The notes beneath the pieces were generated by a model. It had not been told where the DNA came from and did no database searches. It worked only from the letters and a program-made list of their open reading frames with translations. Shown piece by piece: positions 30,033-38,749 of a DNA stretch of 64,000 bases. Both the position numbers and the translations under genes were made by a program. How positions within the stretch are numbered: the stretch's first letter is position 1; every line of letters begins with the position of its first letter. The stretch covers positions 120 to 64,119 of the forward strand of contig JAFWYE010000008.1 of the NCBI GenBank assembly GCA_017517765.1, written 5' to 3'. This DNA comes from Bacilli bacterium. Its GTDB lineage: Bacteria > Bacillota_I > Bacilli_A > RFN20 > DUOF01.

Positions 30033-30120
30033 AAAAAAGAGGACTGATTTAGCCCTCGATTTCGGGAGCCTTTCAGCCCCTTGTTCTAATAGATCCTTAG
30101 AACTTATGTTATGTAGCAAG
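30033..30120 (-). ncRNA. tracrRNA (anti-repeat + nexus-like hairpin + terminator) in the cas9-cas1 spacer
   Basis: Minus strand 30120->30081 reads CUUGCUACAUAACAUAAGUUCUAAGGAUCUAUUAGAACAA, complementary to the crRNA repeat GUUCUAAUACCCUUAAAAUUUAUGUUAUGUAAGAAC. The pairing is 9 perfect bp, a bulge, then about 20 further pairs. It is followed by GGGGCU-GAAA-GGCUCCC, then GAGGGCU-aaauc-AGUCCUC (30057..30039) and U6 (30038..30033). The 5' end is not defined. Confidence 0.8.
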
Positions 30121-30153
30121 GTACCCTTTACCTCGCATTGTTATTATTACATA

Positions 30154-33100
30154 TTAAAATTCTAATTTCAAGTCTTCCTTATCAACTTTATACATATTTC
30201 CTAAAACGTCAACATTATACTTTTCTATCTTAGAAACATTTTTGCTAATTTCAAATCGTATTCTAGGATCGGTTTTTCTATCTATTAGTTTCATTTCAAC
30301 TCTATCATTACTAACTCCACAAAATCTATACATATTCGTTTCACCATTTCTGGTTATTGAAATTATATCATTCTTATTCATACTCAAAACAAAATTCTCA
30401 ATACTATTTATTCCTTTTTTTAGAAGTAAATTTGTATAGTCATTGATATTAATGTAATATCTGGATTTTGATTGCCTTATATCTTTATATGCTACTGTCA
30501 CAAATTTATATACTCCATTAATATTATAAAAATCCAATCTGTATGGATCAATTGATAGTAAAACCACCTTTTTATTACTTGTATTGTAATGACTGGTAAT
30601 ATCAATGTGATTAGGAAGTGCACAGTCAAGATATTTTAATGATTTAATTAATGGCCCATTTCCTTTCTTACTATACTTTCTAATTGCCCCATGATCATTC
30701 TTGTATACTGCAAATGGATTATTCTCACTAGGATATTCTTTAACTATTGTTTTTAGTAAATCATATGTTTGCTTATCATTCTTATACATTAGTAACTTAG
30801 TTGAAGTTCCATCTTTAAACATCTTAGCAATAGTTTCAGCAGTCTTGTTATCATAGATATCTTTATACTTTTTAACTACCCAATCATCATCCTTTACTTT
30901 TCTAGTACTGTATATAGTTTGGTTAGATATAGATCTATTAATTTTTCTATCTACTTTATATGAAAACTTAATCTTATTAGCATAATCATATGATTTTATA
31001 TATCCTATTTTAGTCATTGTATTGCCATCAAATATATCAGTAGCGATTATTTCTCCTGTTTCTTGATCTATTATACAATCTTCTTTATAGTCTACTTTCT
31101 TATACTTTCTTTCCTTATATGATTGCTTATCTAACTTTTTAACTAATAACTTATTACTCCTAATACAAGCGATAATTAGCGCATCAATTGCATGGTGTTT
31201 ATAAAAATCACGATTTTTAATTATTTTTGCTTTCTTTCTAAATTGATCTGTAATATTTCCTCTGATAGTGAACACCTTAGTATCAATATTATTAATCTTA
31301 AAATATCTTTGTAATTCATTTAATAATGTTCTAGAAGCATACCTAGTATCTACTAAATTTCTAGAAATGAATCTTTCCTGTGTCTCAGGATCTAATAAAT
31401 TTCCTTTATATAAAAGATTATCTACTTTCTTTCTTCTATCTTTATTTTTATATTTTTCATTGCTTAAAACAATAGCAGAAAACTGTTCAAAGCTCATTTT
31501 CCCTTTTCCACTAGAATAATATTCATATGGAGTATGTTGTCCCTTTTCTTGATTAGCTTTTCTGGTAACTAATACTTTATTATTGAAAGAATCATCAAAT
31601 GATAAAGATAATGGCAAAATGTGATCCACTTCATAAGCTGATTCATCATTCATTAAAGTATATAAGTCTATCTTATCTTGACTATATGCACATTTCCAAT
31701 TTTGCTCTATAGCTAATCTAAGTTTAAGTTTTAGTTTACTATTAAGTTTCTTCTCCTTTGCATACTCTTCAAGATCCTTATTGATCTTTTCATTATGAGC
31801 TTGTCCTTTCTTAATAGAATCTCTTTCTTCTTTACTATTTCTTTCTCTAGCCATTTCTACAACTATAGCATCTAATTCGCCATACTGTCTTCTAACTTCA
31901 TTTACTACCTTGATTGCTTCTCTTTGTGCTCTAATAACAACAGGATTAGTAATGTCTTTATAATCAAATGGTATATTCTTTCTATCTTTTAAATTAATCT
32001 CATTATCATTCCTTAATGATAACTTTTCACTTATTTGCATTTGATTATCATTGGATTCTTTCATTTCTCTTATAAATAAGGCCAATGCTTTATAAGATAA
32101 ATATCCATATTGAGATATGCCTGTAATATTGGCAAGCAACAATGCACCATATTCATCTAATAAATCAGTTTTAGATAATATTCTTTCTTTTCTCTCTTCA
32201 ATTATTTTTGTTTCAGTCAAAATATCTATAATGTTATTGATTAAATTAACATCTTCTAAAATTTTTCCATCAAGAGGATGATCTTTACTATTCACTACTT
32301 TTCTAATAGCATTATATCCTTTAAATTCAGTAAAAACAGCTTTATCATTTTTATCAGTTCTATATCCTCTTATTAATTTTTCATTGCTTACACCTGTAAC
32401 TTTACATATTTCCTTTAAAGTAACAGTACCCTTTTTATTTATATAATCATTAACTACTATTTCTTTTTCTTCTGTAGTTATCTTTCTTCCATCAATAGTT
32501 AAATTATTTAAGTCATTATACAAATTATATAAAGAATATGAATAAGAATTAATCGGAGCTCTAAGTTCATCTTTATAGATAGTACAATATCCTCTCATCT
32601 TATTTATTAAATCTATTGGTTCTGCTCCTAACTCTAGATACCTACCATACTTAGTAGGAGAATTCTTACTACCTGGTCCCTCTGCATAATGTCTTCTTTT
32701 AGAAATAATATCTTTTATTTTAAAATTCACTTCATCAGATAATCCTTGATTAGACAATATTTTATCTAATTCTTTAAGATAATCTTCTGTTCTATAAATG
32801 TTAGTATTTCCTCTAATTTTTCCATTTTCTTTTAAATAATCCAATTGTAATTCACATACATATTTTCCTTTATTTAAACGAATAATATTATCACTTAATG
32901 CGGATTTAGCAGCACCTTCTTCTTTATTATTATCATCAATAGCAACCTCTAAGCTGCTTCCTCTAAGTTTAGCAATATGAACAAGAGCGCTAACAAATTC
33001 TTCATTACTTAATTTGTTATCTAATCCCTTAAGTCTACATTCATATGGATTATATTTATTAGCTTTATAATTCTTGGTTAATATTCCTTCACTTTTTAGT

Positions 33101-33306
33101 AAATTTTCTATTCTTTCAACTCTATAAGCTTTTCTTCTTTTCAATCTTCTTTGAGATCTAAATCCCCTTCTATTAGCATTTTTTTCAGCATCCGCTTCTT
33201 CAAACAGTCTAACACCGGCATCTACTATTTCACCAGTTTCATCATCTACTATACCCCATCCAACAGAAGTAACACCTATATCTAATCCTAAAACATATTT
33301 TGTCAT
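30154..33306 (-). CDS. cas9: Cas9, compact type II-A (SaCas9-like), about 1,050 aa
   Basis: RuvC-I YVLGLDIGVTSVGWGIV; bridge helix RRGFRSQRRLKRRK; RuvC-II AIVVEMARE; HNH YEVDHILPLSLSFDDSFNNKVLV; RuvC-III FYKHHAIDALIIA. NLVDTRYASR and NGVYKFVTV blocks resemble my recollection of S. aureus Cas9 (1,053 aa). Start placed at MTKYVLG (ATG 33306, GAAGAGG RBS). Confidence 0.95.
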   Translation of the reverse strand: MTKYVLGLDIGVTSVGWGIVDDETGEIVDAGVRLFEEADAEKNANRRGFRSQRRLKRRKAYRVERIENLLKSEGILTKNYKANKYNPYECRLKGLDNKLSNEEFVSALVHIAKLRGSSLEVAIDDNNKEEGAAKSALSDNIIRLNKGKYVCELQLDYLKENGKIRGNTNIYRTEDYLKELDKILSNQGLSDEVNFKIKDIISKRRHYAEGPGSKNSPTKYGRYLELGAEPIDLINKMRGYCTIYKDELRAPINSYSYSLYNLYNDLNNLTIDGRKITTEEKEIVVNDYINKKGTVTLKEICKVTGVSNEKLIRGYRTDKNDKAVFTEFKGYNAIRKVVNSKDHPLDGKILEDVNLINNIIDILTETKIIEERKERILSKTDLLDEYGALLLANITGISQYGYLSYKALALFIREMKESNDNQMQISEKLSLRNDNEINLKDRKNIPFDYKDITNPVVIRAQREAIKVVNEVRRQYGELDAIVVEMARERNSKEERDSIKKGQAHNEKINKDLEEYAKEKKLNSKLKLKLRLAIEQNWKCAYSQDKIDLYTLMNDESAYEVDHILPLSLSFDDSFNNKVLVTRKANQEKGQHTPYEYYSSGKGKMSFEQFSAIVLSNEKYKNKDRRKKVDNLLYKGNLLDPETQERFISRNLVDTRYASRTLLNELQRYFKINNIDTKVFTIRGNITDQFRKKAKIIKNRDFYKHHAIDALIIACIRSNKLLVKKLDKQSYKERKYKKVDYKEDCIIDQETGEIIATDIFDGNTMTKIGYIKSYDYANKIKFSYKVDRKINRSISNQTIYSTRKVKDDDWVVKKYKDIYDNKTAETIAKMFKDGTSTKLLMYKNDKQTYDLLKTIVKEYPSENNPFAVYKNDHGAIRKYSKKGNGPLIKSLKYLDCALPNHIDITSHYNTSNKKVVLLSIDPYRLDFYNINGVYKFVTVAYKDIRQSKSRYYININDYTNLLLKKGINSIENFVLSMNKNDIISITRNGETNMYRFCGVSNDRVEMKLIDRKTDPRIRFEISKNVSKIEKYNVDVLGNMYKVDKEDLKLEF

Positions 33307-33385
33307 GTACATCACCTCTTCTTAGTATACCATAAGTATTCAATAGATTAAAGTAGACTATAATGAATATAATTGTACTTGATAC

Positions 33386-33574
33386 TCAATAATTAAAATC
33401 ATCAACTAATATAAATTCATGCTCTTTTAACTTATTAATGAAATAATTTTCATTCATATTCCAATAATCACATATAGTCTTATAACTTAAATTTGTTTGT
33501 TGTGACACTTTTACCTTTGATAATCCAATCTTCTTTAATTTTTGTATTTTCTTATACTGGCTAGTTCCTAACAT
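33386..33574 (-). pseudogene. Stand-alone HTH fragment resembling the N-terminus of an IS21-type (IstA-like) transposase
   Basis: 62 aa: KKIQKLKKIGLSKVKVSQQTNLSYKTICDYW is an HTH of the kind found at transposase N-termini. No catalytic domain follows. GGGAGGTG RBS present. Confidence 0.3.
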
Positions 33575-33713
33575 TCTTACACCTCCCAGTCAATATTAGA
33601 AATTTGCATACACAAATTAAAAGAAGCTAAACGCAATCATAAGACATCACCTCCTTAAAAGAAAAAAGTTGACTATTTTTAATAGCCAACCAATCATACT
33701 TTTCTGTTTTATA

Positions 33714-35396
33714 TTAATATAAAGGATTTAATCCTCTTGTCAATTCAAATCTATTTGGAGCATCTGACTTTGTGTCAGTCATTACAATAAAATTCACATC
33801 TTTATTGTTCTTACAATAATAGTTTATCAATTCATAAATCATTTTTTTATTTTTATCATCAAATGATTTTGAAATACAATCCATTACTATTGTTTTCATT
33901 ATTGGAAAATGAAACTCTTCATTAATAGTTTCAAAAAAAGCTAAATAAACACACACTTGAATCAAAGTTTGTCTAGCCATACTCCCTATCATTCTAACCA
34001 CTTCAAAATCTTCACCATTTCTATGTTCGGTTACATAACTTAAAACTGAATTTTTCTTTGAATTATACTTTAATTTGAATGTAGGATTCGTGTAATCATC
34101 ATCAACAAAATCATAATTTTTACCTTTAAAAAATGAATAATAATTGTTGATTTTTTGGCTAATCTTATTTTCCATATTTACATCATATGTTGACTCCAAT
34201 TCAGAAATTCTATTTCTAGTTTTTTTCATTCTTTCAATAATTTCTTGAGAATTAGAAATATTCATCCCCTTAATTCTTTTCAAATATCTATAAACTTCTT
34301 CAATTTTGCTTTCTCTTTCCATATATTCTTTTTCTTGATTAGCATTTTTTGAAATTGAATTAATATCTAATAAAATAATATTTTTTTTCTTTTTCATTTC
34401 TTTTAATACGGACTTATAATCTTGAATAGATACTATATTATTCAACATATCAATTTTTTCAATTTTATTGATAATTGGTTCTACCAAATAATTATACTGC
34501 TCATTATTAGTAAATTTTTTTAAAGAATCTAATAAAATTATTTTCTTTTCATTGATATTAGTTTGAATTTCATCCTGTTTTATTCTACTTTCTAGATATT
34601 GAATTTTATTTTCTATTTGATTTAGCATTGTTAATAAAGAATAATAATCAGAATTAATTACAGATGGTTTAATTACTTTTCTTTCTTTTTTTAAAGACAA
34701 TACATATTCTATGTTTTTATCAATATCTTTATTATATTTAAGTCCCAAATCACAAAATATTTCTTCGCAAGATTTTTCTAAAAAATTAATTTCTCTTTCA
34801 GTTATTGTGTTTTTTTCCAACAGCTTAGAATCTTGTGACAACTGATTTTTTAATTTATTAATTTCAATATAGTTATTTCTATTAAAAATATATTTAAAGA
34901 TATACTTAGCTCTAAAGTATTCTAAATTATTTTGCTTAGTAAATATATTTTTATCTATTATTCCTTGATGTTTTTGATTTAAAAAATTGAATATTGTATA
35001 AGTTCTATGAGAAATATCTTGATCACTAATATTTTTGATTAAATATGTATCTTCGTAATTTCCATTTAGCAACATATTTTCGATTCTATCTTTGTAAGTA
35101 TTAATAGAAACTTCATCATACGCGTCATCTTTCCTAAGTTTGAAGTAGCACGTCCCTTCAACAGTTCTCTTCAAATAAAATTTTTCTAAAATCAGCTCAA
35201 TATATCTAATCCCTTTGAATGTAATGTTATCAATTATTATAGATGTAGACCCTAACATATAATCTATTAATTCAACCATTTTTGTTTTACCAGAAGAATT
35301 TTTTGAATATATATAATTACAAGTTTTTGTAAAAGGAATTGAATTGATACATTCTCCAGATTCAGAATACAAATTCAACATATTAATTTTACACAT
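33714..35396 (-). CDS. lmuB: LmuB-like SMC/ABC-type ATPase (Lamassu / ABC-3C)
   Basis: Walker A YSKNSSGKTKMVELIDY, long K/E/N coiled-coil insert, Walker B-like MKTIVMDCISKSFDD near the C-terminus. Start overlaps the lmuC stop by 8 nt. Confidence 0.65.
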   Translation of the reverse strand: MCKINMLNLYSESGECINSIPFTKTCNYIYSKNSSGKTKMVELIDYMLGSTSIIIDNITFKGIRYIELILEKFYLKRTVEGTCYFKLRKDDAYDEVSINTYKDRIENMLLNGNYEDTYLIKNISDQDISHRTYTIFNFLNQKHQGIIDKNIFTKQNNLEYFRAKYIFKYIFNRNNYIEINKLKNQLSQDSKLLEKNTITEREINFLEKSCEEIFCDLGLKYNKDIDKNIEYVLSLKKERKVIKPSVINSDYYSLLTMLNQIENKIQYLESRIKQDEIQTNINEKKIILLDSLKKFTNNEQYNYLVEPIINKIEKIDMLNNIVSIQDYKSVLKEMKKKKNIILLDINSISKNANQEKEYMERESKIEEVYRYLKRIKGMNISNSQEIIERMKKTRNRISELESTYDVNMENKISQKINNYYSFFKGKNYDFVDDDYTNPTFKLKYNSKKNSVLSYVTEHRNGEDFEVVRMIGSMARQTLIQVCVYLAFFETINEEFHFPIMKTIVMDCISKSFDDKNKKMIYELINYYCKNNKDVNFIVMTDTKSDAPNRFELTRGLNPLY

Positions 35397-35823
35397 ATTT
35401 CATCACCTCATCAAAAAAAGATTCATCTGTTATTTTACTAACCATTTTTATACTTTCTTCTGTTTTGTTTGTTAAATAGTCCAAATCAACAATACAAATA
35501 TCAGAAATATCAAATACCTTCTCATCAACAACTTTTATTAATTTTGAGCTTACTAATATACTTATGCAGTCCAACGCGACAATGATTCCATCTGATAATT
35601 TTTTTGGTGTTATCCCAGAATACAGCAATAAATTTTTTAAATAATCATATTTTTTATTATGTCTATTAAGTTCAATTATTTTATTTTTTGAAGCATATAG
35701 TATTTCTGATAATATGGACAACTTGATTAAAGATGTAATATTGCACTTTTTTAATAACCATAGGATTATTTGAATTTTTTCAGAAACTTGCAAAATGTCT
35801 TTTTTATATAATTTCATCTTCAT
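35389..35823 (-). CDS. lmuC: LmuC-like small helical middle component
   Basis: 144 aa, helical, overlaps both neighbours (20 nt with lmuA, 8 nt with lmuB). Position between the nuclease effector and the ATPase matches type II Lamassu / ABC-3C gene order. Confidence 0.55.
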   Translation of the reverse strand: MKMKLYKKDILQVSEKIQIILWLLKKCNITSLIKLSILSEILYASKNKIIELNRHNKKYDYLKNLLLYSGITPKKLSDGIIVALDCISILVSSKLIKVVDEKVFDISDICIVDLDYLTNKTEESIKMVSKITDESFFDEVMKYV

Positions 35824-36919
35824 CTATCTCCCATTTTATCCTAACATTATCATCACACTTAGAAGTGGTTAAATAATTATAACAACCAACTCTACTGTCA
35901 TTATTTTCATGCAAAATATTTGAATCCAATCTCATACATACAGTATTGAAATACAATTTATTTGGACTTGTATTTTCTGTATTTCCACATTGCAATTGCC
36001 AGTTGGATTTTGCTGTTCTTTCAGTAATGTTTAATTCCTTTAAGTCGTTTTCTTCTACGCTTTCCCTGAATAATTCATATTCTAATTCAAGTTTCATGTT
36101 TTGCAAAACAAACGCTTTATTTCTATTAACTAACTTAATTTGTTCCATAAAAGATTCATCCATCTTATTAATCAAATTATCAAAATCTAAATTATCATAT
36201 TTTTCAAGTTCAAATATATACTTGTCAGATTTTATAACATCTAATAATTTTGTAATGATATCATTATAATCAGAATAAGAACACACATAATTATTCGAAT
36301 TTAGTACATGTTCAAAAATATTCAAACTAATTTCTTTGCAAAAATTAAAGGCAAACCTCTCACATTTAATGTCACTTTTAATTGAAAAAGATGTTTTAAT
36401 TATAGTTTTTAATGAATCAAATAAAGTTTCTTTCTCAAGTTTCTCAATATTTGCTTTCTTTATATAAAAATTATAATTATCAGTAAAAAATTCTTTATTG
36501 CTATTATACACCTCAAAGCATTTAGCAAACTTGGTACTTTTTTTCCTGTTCTCAGGATTAGAAATATATGAACAAAAGGATTTATAAAAATCATCATCTA
36601 ATTTTATGCTACCTTTTTCATATATCAATACCAGATTTTTATCATTTAAACTATCCAATAATAGCCAGTTCGCTACAACGCTATACAAAACACTATTTGT
36701 AACATTTCCACTTTTAACTTGAATAAGAGTATCGTTTGTATTAATTGTAGCAAAACTAGAATCTTTAATATCTATATCCTCTTCTCCTTCATAAATCAAA
36801 TTAGACTTATAACATATATTTTTTAACACTTCCCTTGCAAAAACAATTATTTGATATAAATACCCTCTAAGAGAATAAATTCCACATTTATTTTGCACTT
36901 TTCCACCTCTTTTTTTCAT
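35804..36919 (-). CDS. lmuA: LmuA-like effector with N-terminal Cap4-type (DUF4297) PD-(D/E)xK nuclease
   Basis: N-terminal SLRGYLYQIIVFAREVL (G-x-x-YQ signature of DUF4297), followed by EGEEDIDI ... LIQVKSG (D...QxK nuclease core); 371 aa. Confidence 0.65.
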   Translation of the reverse strand: MKKRGGKVQNKCGIYSLRGYLYQIIVFAREVLKNICYKSNLIYEGEEDIDIKDSSFATINTNDTLIQVKSGNVTNSVLYSVVANWLLLDSLNDKNLVLIYEKGSIKLDDDFYKSFCSYISNPENRKKSTKFAKCFEVYNSNKEFFTDNYNFYIKKANIEKLEKETLFDSLKTIIKTSFSIKSDIKCERFAFNFCKEISLNIFEHVLNSNNYVCSYSDYNDIITKLLDVIKSDKYIFELEKYDNLDFDNLINKMDESFMEQIKLVNRNKAFVLQNMKLELEYELFRESVEENDLKELNITERTAKSNWQLQCGNTENTSPNKLYFNTVCMRLDSNILHENNDSRVGCYNYLTTSKCDDNVRIKWEIDEDEII

Positions 36920-36990
36920 AACACATTTAAAAGTATATCATAACTTATACATATTATTTATTAGAATTCACATTTTAGAAAAAACGTGAT

Positions 36991-38625
36991 TTATTTATTC
37001 TTATATTCATTAGGCAAACCAATAGATGTAACTTTATAATTTATATAATTTACATTTAATTTTTTAGATTCATCAATATCGTATTTACTAATATTATGCC
37101 TTTCCTCATAATCAACTTCACATTTATATTCATACAAGTTACCTAACACATCTGATAAGATTAATTTAATACTATTGATTTTTGATATATCATAAAACCC
37201 GATGTCATCTGGCGAAAGATTTATTTTTATAAATTCATTTTTATCAACTAATTTTTCTTCTAAATCACACGATACATCATCCAATATAACACATTTAGTA
37301 ATAAATTCTGCATTACTTGTATTCTTTATAATTACAGGTTCAAAATGGCACATAAAAACTTTATCTACATTACTATCTTTTATAATAGAATCCTTTTTAC
37401 TTGGAATTATTAAAGAATCAACCGTATCCATAATATTAGTTTCTTTACATTGAAGTTTTATATATGGTTTATGTAGCATAACTTGTTCATCTTTTTTATT
37501 TTGACTCTCATATCTAATCGTCCAAGCAACGCCTGCTAAAGTAACTACCCCGCCACATAAAGCACCAAAAGTATTTATTACTCCAGAAAAAAGATTATTG
37601 TTATTTTTAAACAGTTCATATATTGTATATATGCAAATAGTTATCACAAAAATTATCTCTGTTATTAAAACACCAAATCCTGGTTTCCTTTTTAATCTAC
37701 TATCCTTAACAAATATAACATTATATATCAGCGAATATATCCACACTAATGAAGTTACTACAAGTACACTATTTATTATCCACTTTGGAAGAAGATTGTA
37801 AACGGAAAACTTTTCAATCAAAACAACATAGAATGAAACAAGAGATAAAGCTAGCGGAAAAACTTCTTTTTGATTATTTCCTAAATTTAAAACAATCAAA
37901 TTAGAACATACATCTATAGCAAGAGTTATAGTAAATAAGCCTATTAGAATATATGTTAAATATGTTATATCTTTATAATTAAATATGAAATATGAAATAG
38001 AATATACTTCTATTAAAGAAAACAGCAATATAACCAAAAACAATTTAATATATCTAAATATATCTTTTTTTAATTCTTTTGTGCTATGAAAGTATTTTAT
38101 CATCAAGTATATATTTGTAATTATTAACATAATCATTCCATAAATAGAAATATAAATATTGCTAAATAAATCTATAGCACAAATATATATCGGGCTTAAA
38201 ATTAATACTAGTATATTTAAAGTTAAAAATTTTCTCATATTTTTTTCTTTTTCTAACTCTTTTTGTCTATTATCCAAAGCATTATATAAATTTATACCCA
38301 ATTTTTCTGTTACCGGTTTCATTTTTTCATCATATTTTTCTAAAAATCTTATTTTTTCATCCTTCGCTTTTATTAATTTTTCCTTTATATTTTCTTCATT
38401 TATAGCATTATATTTATCTTTTAATTTATTTAACTCATTACCATTCAAAGTATCAAAATTAGTTAATATATTTTCTATTTCCTTTATTTCTAATTTTAAA
38501 TCTTTTTTACCATCATCCAATAATTTTTTTCTACTTTTTATTATGTATTTTTTAAACAATTTTAATGGCCATATTAAATTTATATATTTAGTATCTTCTA
38601 AAACTTTCTTTTCTTCATCACTCAC
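36991..38625 (-). CDS. Orphan polytopic membrane protein: N-terminal coiled coil, about 8-9 TM helices, C-terminal ~170-aa soluble domain
   Basis: 544 aa. Residues 1-130 are K/E-rich coiled coil, residues ~135-375 are strongly hydrophobic segments, and the C-terminal part is beta-rich-looking (FMCHFEPVIIKNTSNAEFITKCVILDD...). No catalytic motif recognised. Confidence 0.5.
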   Translation of the reverse strand: MSDEEKKVLEDTKYINLIWPLKLFKKYIIKSRKKLLDDGKKDLKLEIKEIENILTNFDTLNGNELNKLKDKYNAINEENIKEKLIKAKDEKIRFLEKYDEKMKPVTEKLGINLYNALDNRQKELEKEKNMRKFLTLNILVLILSPIYICAIDLFSNIYISIYGMIMLIITNIYLMIKYFHSTKELKKDIFRYIKLFLVILLFSLIEVYSISYFIFNYKDITYLTYILIGLFTITLAIDVCSNLIVLNLGNNQKEVFPLALSLVSFYVVLIEKFSVYNLLPKWIINSVLVVTSLVWIYSLIYNVIFVKDSRLKRKPGFGVLITEIIFVITICIYTIYELFKNNNNLFSGVINTFGALCGGVVTLAGVAWTIRYESQNKKDEQVMLHKPYIKLQCKETNIMDTVDSLIIPSKKDSIIKDSNVDKVFMCHFEPVIIKNTSNAEFITKCVILDDVSCDLEEKLVDKNEFIKINLSPDDIGFYDISKINSIKLILSDVLGNLYEYKCEVDYEERHNISKYDIDESKKLNVNYINYKVTSIGLPNEYKNK

Positions 38626-38749
38626 AATATTACCTCCTTTTTATACTTAATAGCAAGATTATTCACTATCTATATAATACCACAATTATAACTACAAAAA
38701 AACTAGATAATCGACATATTAATTATCTAGTTATATGTTCATTTTAAGT

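Noticed and set aside
30027-30119. First 31 codons of the track ORF for cas1 (MLHNISSKDLLEQGAERLPKSRAKSVLFFIC)
   Set aside because: There is no RBS. The conserved Cas1 N-terminus starts at the internal MGWRT. The stretch contains the anti-repeat, nexus-like hairpin and terminator of the tracrRNA, so the open frame is coincidental.
38159-38650. 163-aa plus-strand ORF, and similar track ORFs antisense to longer genes (580..831, 1384..1671, 2102..2440, 3469..3762, 4878..5063, 6184..6384, 7689..8058, 9057..9257, 10613..10834, 21691..21909, 22041..22349, 23516..23707, 24134..24373, 30242..30439, 31268..31519, 35946..36269, 37202..37801, 41595..41801, 42484..42846, 46551..47668, 48803..49165, 51149..51830, 53318..53500, 59730..59915, 62619..62858)
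   Set aside because: All lie wholly or largely inside longer opposite-strand (or, for 6184..6384, same-strand out-of-frame) ORFs that have recognisable motifs. Their translations are low-complexity F/L/I/S-rich, as expected for the antisense of K/E/N-rich AT-rich genes. No RBS support.
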